The translations under genes and the position numbers were made by a program. The notes beneath the pieces were generated by a model. That model had not been told where the DNA came from. It did no database searches and was given only the letters and a program-made list of their open reading frames with translations. A DNA stretch of 64,000 nucleotides from an uncultured Legionellales bacterium (lineage in GTDB: Bacteria > Pseudomonadota > Gammaproteobacteria > Eutrophobiales > Eutrophobiaceae). Position 1 is the stretch's first letter, and every line of letters starts with the position of its first letter. The stretch is taken from positions 13,209-77,208 of the forward strand of contig CAJWQR010000002.1 in NCBI GenBank assembly GCA_913045195.1, given 5' to 3'. Positions 19,512 to 29,170 of this stretch are shown here, piece after piece.

Positions 19512-20413
19512 TAGTTTTGACTCTTTTTCATTAATTCGTGTAAGTGAATTTGATACTGACCCAATCCACCACCGTAATTTCCTGCAGTAATTTTTTTAAC
19601 ACCAGGTTTTATGGCAGCTTTAATACCAGCATGCATTGCTTCTTCAACAGCTTGTAATGTTAATCCGTCAATGACTATCTCAAGAACACTATTTATATCA
19701 GCATCAATTTCTGTTTTTTCAACTATACTGGTTAGCGTCGGGCAATAAGCATCATTAGTTGACGCAATCAATGCCTTATATTTGGAGCCAACTTTACTTC
19801 CACTCCTGACGACGCCATTAGGAAAGGGTAATATTATATTTGGTATCTCCCTCATTGCTTTGACAGCTGACTTTGCTGCTTTTAATGCGGTATTTTGATC
19901 TGTTGCCAGAATTAGTATATTACCTCCACCGACTGCTTCTTTTGATTTGAAAATGTCATCAACCAGAAATTCACCGTCCATAACTGGTATACGCCACAAT
20001 CTTTTGTCAGCTATTTTCTTACTGATTTGATAACCATCACCAAAATACCGTAGCTGACCACCAACCACGATTTCACTACCCTCATCTATTCCGCTGTAGC
20101 ATGCCGTACTTGGACAAGTCATAACGCATTGACCAATTCGTTCCACCAAACGCTTTCCTAAATTGTCACTATCCATAGCAAAGAATAAAACGCTGACACC
20201 AGGCCTTAGATCTGGTGAATCTTCTGATGGAATTTCTGTTTCAATACCAGCTTCACATTTACAACCTATTACGGAAGTTGCAAAACCAGTAACAGATTGC
20301 GCAGCCGCCATTGCCCACTCTTTTGTTTCAGCAGTTATAATGATTCGACTTCCGTGCATTTTGAATGCTTCAGCAAATGTGTCGACAATCTCGGTTGATT
20401 TTATCTTCATCAT
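19511..20413 (-). CDS. fhcD: Formylmethanofuran:tetrahydromethanopterin formyltransferase (Ftr/FhcD)
   Basis: 300 aa. Near-colinear match to Ftr (VDTFAEAF, TSVIGC, KYFGDG, VAGGN, PFPGG..SGSK, CPT, GVKKITAGNYGG.LG.Y). Confidence 0.9.
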   Translation of the reverse strand: MMKIKSTEIVDTFAEAFKMHGSRIIITAETKEWAMAAAQSVTGFATSVIGCKCEAGIETEIPSEDSPDLRPGVSVLFFAMDSDNLGKRLVERIGQCVMTCPSTACYSGIDEGSEIVVGGQLRYFGDGYQISKKIADKRLWRIPVMDGEFLVDDIFKSKEAVGGGNILILATDQNTALKAAKSAVKAMREIPNIILPFPNGVVRSGSKVGSKYKALIASTNDAYCPTLTSIVEKTEIDADINSVLEIVIDGLTLQAVEEAMHAGIKAAIKPGVKKITAGNYGGGLGQYQIHLHELMKKSQN

Positions 20414-20418
20414 TAAAT

Positions 20419-22062
20419 TTAACCTGTTTTAATAATTTCGTGATGATCATGTAAATAACGATCATCAACGGCATAATTGGAGAATTCAATCGAATAATAA
20501 CTTTCAAAGAAAGGTTTGAGGGTCTCTTCAATTTTATTATCATATTCTGGTGTTATGTGATAAACCTTACCTTTAGAATCAGTTTTAAATTCATGATTTT
20601 CAATCATTGTATTTCCAGATTTAATGACATAACGAGGTGTGCTGAACATCATTTCCTTGTCATCCATTACATCGTAGATTGTGATATCGGCATCAGCACC
20701 CACACCTAGGTGACCTTTTGTTTCTAGTCCTAAAGCTTTGGCAGGACCCGCTCTTGTAATAATTGCAATTTCATTTAATGTATATTCTCGTTTTAATTCG
20801 GGTAGTGAACACTTCAATAGGGCTTTTTGATTTACTCGCTTCATTTCTTCATGACGAAATTTTTCATCCATTAGGAGTTTAATAAGTTTAGGGTAGGCCA
20901 TAAAAGAACCACCATTCGGATGATCTGTTGATAAAATTATTCTCCAAGGATCTTCCGACAGTAAAAATAATTCCAATCCAATTGCCCATTGAAGCGTGTG
21001 CATATAAATATGTTCCTGATAGGCGAAAGGTAAAATTCCACAACCACTTTCACATTCTGTATCAGCGTTGACCCATTTACCTTTAGAGTGACCCCTTAGA
21101 AGATAGGCTAAGGGAGCATCGGCAGTCATAATTGTTGAGTTACCGAACATTACTTGCCCAACATCACAGGTGATATTTGGATGATTATTTACATACTCAG
21201 CAATTTCAGCAGCCTTTGAGATCGGATTTTTACCAAGCTCTCCCCCATAACTATGAAATTGAATATGGGCAATATGTGCACGTAGGTCGCCTGCTGTTTT
21301 CATAGTCTCAAGTGTTGTCTTATAATTGCCGCTGTGCCCAAGGTTATTACAATGGATGTGGGGCGGATGAGGGTAACCCTGTTTGTTTACGGTTTTTACA
21401 AAAGCTTCAATTATTTGTCGCGGTGATAAATCACCTGCTTCACCAGTTTTTTCATCAATATCAGATACATTGGAATTTCTTTCTCCTTTCCATGGTTCAT
21501 CACCGCCTGGGTTAACTAGTTTAACGGTATATGCTTTGGTAGCGCATACCCACCAAGCAACCGCTTGTTCGAATTCTTCCATGCGCTTCTCACGTATTAA
21601 ATTATGAAGAAAGATATTGTTCCCTAAAAGAACATAAAAGCCCTTATCAATAATTGGTGTGTCCTCGAATTCTTCTAATACATGGCGTGCACCAATTGGC
21701 GAGACAGCTGCTTCCATTGCCGTGGTGTATCCCAATGTTGCATAACGGTAACCCGCAGCAAATGTTGAAGGCGTTGTTCCACCGGAACCCGAACGGGTAA
21801 AAGGAGTTGATGGATGAACATCATGACGACGAGCTTCGGGCATTAATTTTCTAGCGAGATTGACCTTAGGTCCTGCAATATGGCAGTGAATATCAACACC
21901 ACCAGGCATAATAGCCATGCCTTTAGCATCAATAATTGTTGCTTCGTCTGATACAGAATCAACAATCTTTCCGTTTTCTATGCAAATTTCTTTTATTTCA
22001 CCGTTAATATTGTTTTTTGGATCGTATACTTCGCCATTAACGATGCGCATTGACGCAGACAT
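20419..22062 (-). CDS. fhcA: Formyltransferase/hydrolase complex subunit A (FwdA-like amidohydrolase)
   Basis: 547 aa metal-dependent amidohydrolase fold (GGVDIHCHIAGPKVN; HxH and downstream His/Asp ligands), the FwdA/FhcA family. Confidence 0.85.
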   Translation of the reverse strand: MSASMRIVNGEVYDPKNNINGEIKEICIENGKIVDSVSDEATIIDAKGMAIMPGGVDIHCHIAGPKVNLARKLMPEARRHDVHPSTPFTRSGSGGTTPSTFAAGYRYATLGYTTAMEAAVSPIGARHVLEEFEDTPIIDKGFYVLLGNNIFLHNLIREKRMEEFEQAVAWWVCATKAYTVKLVNPGGDEPWKGERNSNVSDIDEKTGEAGDLSPRQIIEAFVKTVNKQGYPHPPHIHCNNLGHSGNYKTTLETMKTAGDLRAHIAHIQFHSYGGELGKNPISKAAEIAEYVNNHPNITCDVGQVMFGNSTIMTADAPLAYLLRGHSKGKWVNADTECESGCGILPFAYQEHIYMHTLQWAIGLELFLLSEDPWRIILSTDHPNGGSFMAYPKLIKLLMDEKFRHEEMKRVNQKALLKCSLPELKREYTLNEIAIITRAGPAKALGLETKGHLGVGADADITIYDVMDDKEMMFSTPRYVIKSGNTMIENHEFKTDSKGKVYHITPEYDNKIEETLKPFFESYYSIEFSNYAVDDRYLHDHHEIIKTG

Positions 22063-22139
22063 CTAATACCCCTCTAGTGATTACTTGCTTATATAAACTA
22101 ATTATTTTCTTAATGCAGTTTAACGCTGGTACATAAGAC

Positions 22140-23540
22140 TTAGAGCGGGTTTACTGCTGCTACTTTTGCTTCGCCAGAAGCACCTCCTGGATGAATTTTC
22201 TTTAAAGTTAATTCGTGCACACGTTTTTTTATTTTTTTAAGTATTGTTTCATCATCAGGGAAAGGTGATTCGAACGCAGGCCTCAATGTAATTGAGACAT
22301 CATCCATACGGTACACCGTTCCACCAGTATTAATACCATAGGTCGCAGTTTTAAATGCGACGTGTGACAATTTTGAAGTTACGGTACTTTTGGTGTCAAG
22401 AGTAATTACAGGAATATTTTTTAAGTGATCGATTGCTTTTTTAGGAAAATTTGATCCTGGATCGCTTGCAATAATTAATGCTGCATCAGCATCACCATTG
22501 GACAGTGTATCAACTGTTGTAAATTCGCCCGGATTAAAACGTGGATAGCCGCGACTAAAATTTACACCAAAAGGATACCCTGTTTGCCAGGCGACCACAT
22601 TATCAGCGCCCGTAACATTCCCATGCCCACGAACTGGTTTTGCTACAAAATGCGTATACTTATTTAGATCAGTAGCAAGTGCGAGCAGGGCGCCTGAGTT
22701 GAAGTGACGTCCTCGGGTCATTGTTAGTCCCATTCCAAAAAACAATACGCCAAAACGACAATTTTTCATACGTTCTGCTAAGTCAGTTAATGTTTCGAGT
22801 GAAACACCAGTTTCTTCTTCTATATTGACACCCCAAAACCATTCTCCTTCATTAGCTGACAATTTATTTCCTTTAACCAAGGCGCGAAGTGCCCAGAGTA
22901 TTTCAAAGTCTTTTCCAGGCTTTGGACGTATTAAAATATCCGCAACACCTGCACTTTTTGTTTTTCTAACATCAACCAATACAACAGTTCGATCTTTTTT
23001 TCCGTTTGGTGTGAACATACCTTTTGGGGTAACTGCATAACGCCCAAAATGCCGAGGATGTGATTCGGCTGGATTACCTCCCCAGTAGATAACTAGATCT
23101 GCACGATTTTTCACTTCTCCTAATGTGCTTGTACTTTCACCGACACCTTGAAAAGCAAGGCCGCTTGGCCCATGACAGACCGAGGTAGTGGTATCAATAT
23201 TACCTTTAATATAGTCCGTGATTGCAACTGCTTCTCGTTGCGCTTCAGAAGTAGTGTCGCTCAGACCATAGGTTATTGGAAATTTCGCTTTTACTAAAGT
23301 TTGCGCAGCTTCTTCAATCGCTTCTTCTATTGTGACTTCTTTACCGTCAATCATTGCAGCAGGCGCATCTTCAATTGTGTGTTCAGCAAACCAAGCACGA
23401 CCTAGAACACAAGCATTTTTAGCTTTTGTGATTCTTTTTTCATCTAGATCAACGTGAAGTTCCATGTCATCACAAACACAACCACAAAATGTACAAGTTG
23501 CATCCTTAACAATCTTAATATTTTCGTTTTCATTTGCCAT
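22140..23540 (-). CDS. fhcB: Formyltransferase/hydrolase complex subunit B (FwdB homologue, molybdopterin-oxidoreductase fold)
   Basis: 466 aa with an N-terminal Cys cluster CTFCGCVCDD, then a molybdopterin oxidoreductase-like fold lacking the MGD C-terminal domain. Confidence 0.85.
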   Translation of the reverse strand: MANENENIKIVKDATCTFCGCVCDDMELHVDLDEKRITKAKNACVLGRAWFAEHTIEDAPAAMIDGKEVTIEEAIEEAAQTLVKAKFPITYGLSDTTSEAQREAVAITDYIKGNIDTTTSVCHGPSGLAFQGVGESTSTLGEVKNRADLVIYWGGNPAESHPRHFGRYAVTPKGMFTPNGKKDRTVVLVDVRKTKSAGVADILIRPKPGKDFEILWALRALVKGNKLSANEGEWFWGVNIEEETGVSLETLTDLAERMKNCRFGVLFFGMGLTMTRGRHFNSGALLALATDLNKYTHFVAKPVRGHGNVTGADNVVAWQTGYPFGVNFSRGYPRFNPGEFTTVDTLSNGDADAALIIASDPGSNFPKKAIDHLKNIPVITLDTKSTVTSKLSHVAFKTATYGINTGGTVYRMDDVSITLRPAFESPFPDDETILKKIKKRVHELTLKKIHPGGASGEAKVAAVNPL

Positions 23541-23573
23541 TAAGCGATCTACCTTTAATAATCCTATCTTTTA

Positions 23574-23918
23574 TTATTTAACTTTTTCAATTTCAACCAT
23601 CATATGTTTTGATAATGGCATACCAGTTCCAGCTGTATCACTTGCCATTAACTGACTTGAGGGCGGCCCATAAGGAATAAACAACAACCCCGCGGATAAA
23701 TCTTCGGGTTTTTTACCAACGCAACTTACTATTGTTTCGCCAATTTCATTCCACATTCGCACTTTATCACCATCAACTAGATCCCTTTTAGCCATATCAT
23801 CTTTATTCATCTCTAATGTTGAGGTGATCTTTTGATACTCATCTTTGAGTTTACCTTGATTCAGAGATGTTCCTTGTTTGCTTGAACGTCCCGGTATAAG
23901 CATCATTTTATCTACCAC
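23574..23918 (-). CDS. FwdD-like small molybdopterin-dinucleotide-binding-domain protein
   Basis: 114 aa. LIPGRS.KQG...GK...Y....LEMNKDDMAKRDLVDGDKV......GE....C......L..GLLFIPYGP......A.DT.GTGMP..K matches the FwdD / MopB C-terminal barrel pattern. It lies immediately upstream of fhcB on the same strand. Confidence 0.6.
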   Translation of the reverse strand: MVDKMMLIPGRSSKQGTSLNQGKLKDEYQKITSTLEMNKDDMAKRDLVDGDKVRMWNEIGETIVSCVGKKPEDLSAGLLFIPYGPPSSQLMASDTAGTGMPLSKHMMVEIEKVK

Positions 23919-24027
23919 AAAGAGCTCTCCTTAATGTCTGTTATTATAACTTCGGTATCTCAATGCCACAACATTCTGTATAATAAGGATTTTTTCTGCT
24001 GAGACTGAGAGTCTCTAATTATATCTT

Positions 24028-25062
24028 ATGGTTACCGATAATAGAAAATTAAATGCTAAATCAAGATATGTCAGCGTAAGAGCTCCAGCACGCCTACATT
24101 TAGGTTTTTTGGATATGCATGGTGGTTTGGGTAGGAAATTTGGTAGTTTAGGTTTATCTATTACCAACGTAGAAACATCAGTTACTGCTAATTATTCCGA
24201 TAACATTGATATTACGGGAATTTTTTTAAAAAGAGCTGAAAATTATGCGGAACAAATCTTATCTCATTTTGGTATTGATGGTGGCGTAGGATTATCGATT
24301 CATTCTGCTATTCCTGAACATGTGGGTCTTGGTTCAGGCACGCAATTATCATTAGCTATTGCAAATGCAATTGTTCATTTGTATCAATTACCAGACTACC
24401 ATCCAGCACATTTAGCAGCAATATTGCATCGGGGTGCCAGATCCGGAATTGGTATTGGTACTTTTATGTATGGCGGATTTGTTGTTGATGGTGGACGAGG
24501 CGAAAAGACCGAAGTTCCGCCAGTAGTCACTCATTTATCTTTTCCTGAGCATTGGAGAATTATCTTAGCGTTTGATGATGGAGTTGAGGGAATTAATGGA
24601 GCGGAAGAGAGACGAGCGTTTAATACACTACCAACAATGAAAAAAGATATATCAGCAACCTTATGCAGACTTACAATGATGAGGGCACTCCCAGCAATTG
24701 CTGAACAAGATTGCAGTCAATTCGGTAGTGCTATAACAGAAATTCAAAATATTATTGGTGATTATTTTTCTATTGCTCAAGGAGGCCGTTACACTTCGCC
24801 ATTTTTAAAATCAATATTAGATGCTATGGGAAATATGGGCGCAACAGGTATGGGGCAAAGCTCATGGGGACCAACTGGTTTTGCAATCTTTCCTAATGAG
24901 ACGATTGCATTTCGGGCACTTAAAAAAATTCGCGATAAATGGAAAGCAGAACCACGTTTGCGGTTTGTTTTAAGTGAAGGGTTTAACCGTCAGGCAGAAA
25001 TTTCCGTAAGTGAGCAACAACCATCTATAAAAAATGAAAATATGAAGGTAAAAAATTTATAG
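24028..25062 (+). CDS. mptG: Beta-ribofuranosylaminobenzene 5'-phosphate synthase (H4MPT biosynthesis, GHMP-kinase-like)
   Basis: 344 aa with a GHMP-kinase-like fold (VRAPARLHLGFLDM...GSLGLSI) typical of beta-RFAP synthase. Lies in the H4MPT gene cluster. Confidence 0.7.
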   Translation: MVTDNRKLNAKSRYVSVRAPARLHLGFLDMHGGLGRKFGSLGLSITNVETSVTANYSDNIDITGIFLKRAENYAEQILSHFGIDGGVGLSIHSAIPEHVGLGSGTQLSLAIANAIVHLYQLPDYHPAHLAAILHRGARSGIGIGTFMYGGFVVDGGRGEKTEVPPVVTHLSFPEHWRIILAFDDGVEGINGAEERRAFNTLPTMKKDISATLCRLTMMRALPAIAEQDCSQFGSAITEIQNIIGDYFSIAQGGRYTSPFLKSILDAMGNMGATGMGQSSWGPTGFAIFPNETIAFRALKKIRDKWKAEPRLRFVLSEGFNRQAEISVSEQQPSIKNENMKVKNL

Positions 25063-25136
25063 CAACCAAAGAACAATATAATAATGGACTTAATGAGCGT
25101 ATTGAATACCTCATAATTGCTAGTTCTGGCAGGGCA

Positions 25137-26219
25137 TTGGCAAATTCTGCAAAAAAAGCAGGCTACAAAGTAGGTGTTATTGATGCATTTCTTGACGAAG
25201 AAACTGTTTCTGTATCTTCATTAGCATTCAAAGCAACTTATAGTTATCAATTTGGTTTTGATATAGTTGAACTTGAAAGGCTAATCAAACAAAAATTCTT
25301 GGATTCTATCGTTGTTGTTGGTTCTGGCTTTGAAATAAATCCAGGACAAATTGACTATATTAGCAAATACGCCTCTGTATTAAGTAATAGCACTGAAACA
25401 ATTAATACTGTTAAGCACCCAAAGTCTTTGGAAAATTTATTAAATGAGGAATTTATTCGCTATCCATTTACAACTTTTCAACGAAATGAATGCGGCGATA
25501 ATAAAACATTCCTATTAAAAGAGATTGGAGCAATGGGAGGTGGACATGTTCAAAGAAAATCTCGACTGTCAAATATACAACCCTTAGTAAATAAAAATTT
25601 TTATTATCAGAAATTTATTGAGGGCAATGTTTTTAGCGCTGTCTTTTTAGCAAATAGAGATAGAGCATCACTAATAGGGCTAAATCAACATTTAAAGTCA
25701 AACCAGTTTTCTGATCAGCCATTTTTGTATGAAGGCGCTATTAGTGTTGTTTTAAAGAATCAAAAAGATGTTAATAAAGTTAATGCAATTATCAATAAAA
25801 TAACAAAAAAAATAAGTTTGGTTGGTCTATGTGGTGTCGATTTTATTATCGATGAGTATGGTGTTATGTTTGTGATTGACGTGAATCCACGCCCGCCATC
25901 AACATTTGAGCTGCATGAATCCAAACAGTCTTTATTTGCAGCGCACCTTGCGTGTTTTCAGGGGGATTTAATTCATTATCTTTCTGATAATAATAAGTAT
26001 TCGAGGGGGCATGCAATTTATTATGCAAAGGAAGATACAATAATTAATGAAGAACTTAATTGGCCGGAATGGGTTAAAGACAGGCCATTAAGAAAGCAAA
26101 CAATAGCTGCCAAAAATCCAATATGCAGTATATTTGCTGAAGGTGATTCAGAAACTCAAGTTGAAAATATACTATATAAACGTTTAGAGGAAATCGAACT
26201 CTTTGTGAAATCAAGATAG
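25137..26219 (+). CDS. ATP-grasp domain protein (H4MPT/methylofuran pathway-associated); 5' boundary uncertain
   Basis: ATP-grasp fold. The annotated TTG start truncates a conserved pre-ATP-grasp N-terminal motif (..EYLIIASSGRALANSAKKAGYKV) that is open in the same frame back to 25038 with no ATG. An ATG at 25084 is in the +1 frame. Confidence 0.6.
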   Translation: MANSAKKAGYKVGVIDAFLDEETVSVSSLAFKATYSYQFGFDIVELERLIKQKFLDSIVVVGSGFEINPGQIDYISKYASVLSNSTETINTVKHPKSLENLLNEEFIRYPFTTFQRNECGDNKTFLLKEIGAMGGGHVQRKSRLSNIQPLVNKNFYYQKFIEGNVFSAVFLANRDRASLIGLNQHLKSNQFSDQPFLYEGAISVVLKNQKDVNKVNAIINKITKKISLVGLCGVDFIIDEYGVMFVIDVNPRPPSTFELHESKQSLFAAHLACFQGDLIHYLSDNNKYSRGHAIYYAKEDTIINEELNWPEWVKDRPLRKQTIAAKNPICSIFAEGDSETQVENILYKRLEEIELFVKSR

Positions 26220-26264
26220 AATAGGATGTAATAGTAATTAAATTTAATTTTTGAGGGACATTAG

Positions 26265-27236
26265 GTGAGTCAACATTTAAATCCAAGCCTTAATAAATTA
26301 ACAGTACCATTAGTTGAAAATCTAATTGCAAATGCAAAATCATTGCGATTGGCAGTATCAAATCTTGATAATGATGTCTGTGTAATTGACGCAGGCATTA
26401 ATACAAAAGGCGGTATTGAGGCAGGGCGGTTAATTGCAGAGATATGCATGGGCGGCCTCGGGACTGTTAAATTACGCGCATCAACAAATTTTCGTCATTG
26501 GTCATGGCATATAGATGTGTATAGTTCTAACCCAGTCCTTGCGTGTCTTGCAAGCCAATATGCGGGATGGAGTCTGAATTATGGGAAAGGTGAGCAGGCA
26601 TTTAATGCATTGGGTTCTGGGCCTGCTCGAGCTTTAGGTAGTAATGAGCCCTTGTTCGATGAACTTGGATATCGTGATTCAGCTAACAGCGCATGCATAG
26701 TTGTCGAGGTTGATAAAGTGCCGCCAATTGAAGTGACCACGAAGATAGCTGAAATGTGCGGCATAGCAAATAAGAAACTAACAGTTATTCTTACTCCAAC
26801 ATCGAGCTTAGCCGGGGCTGTTCAAATTGTTAGTCGAGTTCTAGAAACATCATTACATAAAGCGCATGCATTACATTTTCCCTTGAATAAAATTATTGAT
26901 GGCACTGGAAGCGCACCTTTATGCCCGCCGTCACATGATTTTTTAACTGCGATGAGTCGCAGTAATGATGCAATATTATTTGCGGGTCAAATTCAATTAT
27001 TTGTTGAGGCAAGCGATGAAGATACACAAGAGCTTGCTAATGCCTTGCCAAGTAGCGCCTCTAAAGATTACGGCAAACCCTTCGGTGAAATATTTAAAGA
27101 CGTTGAATATGACTTTTATAAGATTGATCCTATGTTATTTAGTCCGGCTTGTGTTGCGGTAACTTCTTTAACAACAGGGCATACATTCCATGCAGGTAAA
27201 ATAGATCTTGATCTATTAGATGAATCATTTAATTAG
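26265..27236 (+). CDS. mch: Methenyltetrahydromethanopterin cyclohydrolase
   Basis: 323 aa. N-terminal LNKLTVPLVENLIANAKSLRLAV...DAGINTKGGIEAGRLIAEICMGGLG is colinear with Mch. Confidence 0.9.
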   Translation: MSQHLNPSLNKLTVPLVENLIANAKSLRLAVSNLDNDVCVIDAGINTKGGIEAGRLIAEICMGGLGTVKLRASTNFRHWSWHIDVYSSNPVLACLASQYAGWSLNYGKGEQAFNALGSGPARALGSNEPLFDELGYRDSANSACIVVEVDKVPPIEVTTKIAEMCGIANKKLTVILTPTSSLAGAVQIVSRVLETSLHKAHALHFPLNKIIDGTGSAPLCPPSHDFLTAMSRSNDAILFAGQIQLFVEASDEDTQELANALPSSASKDYGKPFGEIFKDVEYDFYKIDPMLFSPACVAVTSLTTGHTFHAGKIDLDLLDESFN

Positions 27237-27241
27237 AACTT

Positions 27242-28165
27242 GTGGATGATATTTTTAGAAAAGTTGCAATAATTACAGACGATCCTGGCTGGCATGGTAA
27301 ACAACTAACCACCTCCCTTAAGGACCGCGGGCTGGAGAGTTGTTATTTGTCACTGACTGATTGTTTAATAGAAATAACTGAAGATGCTTGTGATATTAGT
27401 CTGCCAGGATTTGAAAATCTTCCTTTGGGTATATTTGTTCGAGGAATTCCGGGGGGTAGCTTAGAGCAGGTTATTTTTCGACTTGATGTATTACATGCGC
27501 TACAGGACTTAGGAATTGCTATTTATAATTCACCAAAAGCAATTGAACGGACTGTTGATAAACCACTAACAAGTCTTTTGTTAGGCCGATCAGGTTTACC
27601 CACCCCAAAAACATGGATTTGTGAGACAACAAAACGCGCAAATGAAATCCTTGAAAATGAATCTAGTAATAGTAAAAAATTAGTACTCAAACCATTATTT
27701 GGCTCGCAAGGCATTGGTATACATCTGGTCAATAAAGCAACCGGTCTTGTGCATGATGAGAAATTTGCGGGTATTTATTACTTGCAAGAATTTATCGAAC
27801 GTAAAAATAATGATTTTTCTGATATACGCGTTCTTGTGATTGATGGAATCGCAAAGGCGGCAATGACAAGACGTAGTGAAAGCTGGATTACAAATCGTGC
27901 TCAAGGCGCTAACTGTGAATTTTTAGAACTTAATCAAGATTTATCTTCTCTCAGTGAAGCAGCATGTAAAATTCTAGATATTAACTATGCTGGTGTTGAT
28001 ATTATCCAAGATAAGCATGGTTTGTTTTATGTTATAGAGGTAAATAGTATTCCTGCCTGGTATGGCCTGCAGAAGGTAGTGAGTTTTAATATTGCTGATT
28101 GTCTGGTTGAGTCATTTATTAAAAATATTGCTAAGAATAACGCTCTATTGGCCTGTTCGAATTAA
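27242..28165 (+). CDS. RimK-family ATP-grasp ligase (likely H4MPT:alpha-L-glutamate ligase, MptN-like)
   Basis: 307 aa RimK-like ATP-grasp with a GTG start. It sits directly downstream of mch, as orf5 does in methylotroph H4MPT clusters. Confidence 0.6.
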   Translation: MDDIFRKVAIITDDPGWHGKQLTTSLKDRGLESCYLSLTDCLIEITEDACDISLPGFENLPLGIFVRGIPGGSLEQVIFRLDVLHALQDLGIAIYNSPKAIERTVDKPLTSLLLGRSGLPTPKTWICETTKRANEILENESSNSKKLVLKPLFGSQGIGIHLVNKATGLVHDEKFAGIYYLQEFIERKNNDFSDIRVLVIDGIAKAAMTRRSESWITNRAQGANCEFLELNQDLSSLSEAACKILDINYAGVDIIQDKHGLFYVIEVNSIPAWYGLQKVVSFNIADCLVESFIKNIAKNNALLACSN

Positions 28166-28168
28166 ATT

Positions 28169-29008
28169 ATGAGAAAAAAAGTGATTGAGAGTGCTGTAAT
28201 GGCAAGTTTTATCGGGGAAATTGAAGCATTTAAACCAGGTAATGTTAGCTCTTATGCCGATGGACATAATATGACTGCCGAAGATTTTCTCATTAGTGCA
28301 GAAGTTTCAGCCCCACTATTATGTGAAAAAAACTGTAGTTTAGGCGCGCGCGTCCTAAATTGCGTCAAAGCAACAAAGAAATCTGTTGCCTGCAATACAA
28401 ATTTAGGGATGTTACTTCTTTTTACCCCAATTATCATGGCGGCAGAGTTAGGTTTTGAGAGTATTGAGAAATTAAAGAAAAACCTCGAAATTACTTTAAC
28501 TTCATTAACTAAAAATGATGCTAATCAGGTATTTGAAGCGATTTTTATTGCTAATCCTGGTGGGTTAGGAAAAACAGCGGAGCAGGACGTAACCCATCAA
28601 CCTGATTGTTCATTGCTACATGCTATGGAGCTTGCGAGCCATAGGGATTCCGTTGCATTACAATATTCAAACAACTTTAGTGAGGTATTTAAGCTAGGTT
28701 TTCCAGCCATTAAAGACTTTGACAAACGCTGGAATAGTGTAAAATGGTCAACCGTTTCGTGTTATCTGACTTTTATGGCGTCAATTAAGGACTCTCATAT
28801 TGAGCGGAAGTATGGAAGTGAGATAGCCGAACAGATAAAAATAAAAAGCGGGATTATTGTTGAAAAATTTAATAATTCTATAGACCCCGAAGCATCAGTA
28901 GAGCTATTGCGGGGTTTTGATAGGGAACTTAAGGCAAGAAACTATAACCCGGGTACAAGTGCTGATTTAACAGCAACAAGTCTCTTGGTGTACAACTTAA
29001 TTAACTAA
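28169..29008 (+). CDS. Triphosphoribosyl-dephospho-CoA synthase (CitG/MdcB)-like protein of H4MPT clusters
   Basis: 279 aa. KPGNVS...D motif and an all-helical CitG-like pattern. Conserved neighbour of mch and fae in methylotrophs (orf9-like). Confidence 0.65.
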   Translation: MRKKVIESAVMASFIGEIEAFKPGNVSSYADGHNMTAEDFLISAEVSAPLLCEKNCSLGARVLNCVKATKKSVACNTNLGMLLLFTPIIMAAELGFESIEKLKKNLEITLTSLTKNDANQVFEAIFIANPGGLGKTAEQDVTHQPDCSLLHAMELASHRDSVALQYSNNFSEVFKLGFPAIKDFDKRWNSVKWSTVSCYLTFMASIKDSHIERKYGSEIAEQIKIKSGIIVEKFNNSIDPEASVELLRGFDRELKARNYNPGTSADLTATSLLVYNLIN

Positions 29009-29170
29009 GAGTCTACATAGTATGCAGTTGATGAGATTCATTTAGTCTCTCAGCGGTATTTAGAGTGAGGTTGAGGTAACTCTCTACCTTTAGAAATTAA
29101 CCTTAGCAAACACAGGGTGGCAGAAATGTCGATATTAGGAAAACTCTTTGGCTTTTTAGGAGGAGATAAA

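Noticed and set aside
29117-29170. 18-codon N-terminal extension of fae in the ORF track ([18 protein letters not shown])
   Set aside because: The internal ATG at 29171 is preceded by a perfect AGGAGG RBS. It gives the 170-aa length and N-terminus ([11 protein letters not shown]) that match characterised Fae proteins, and the extension has no homology.
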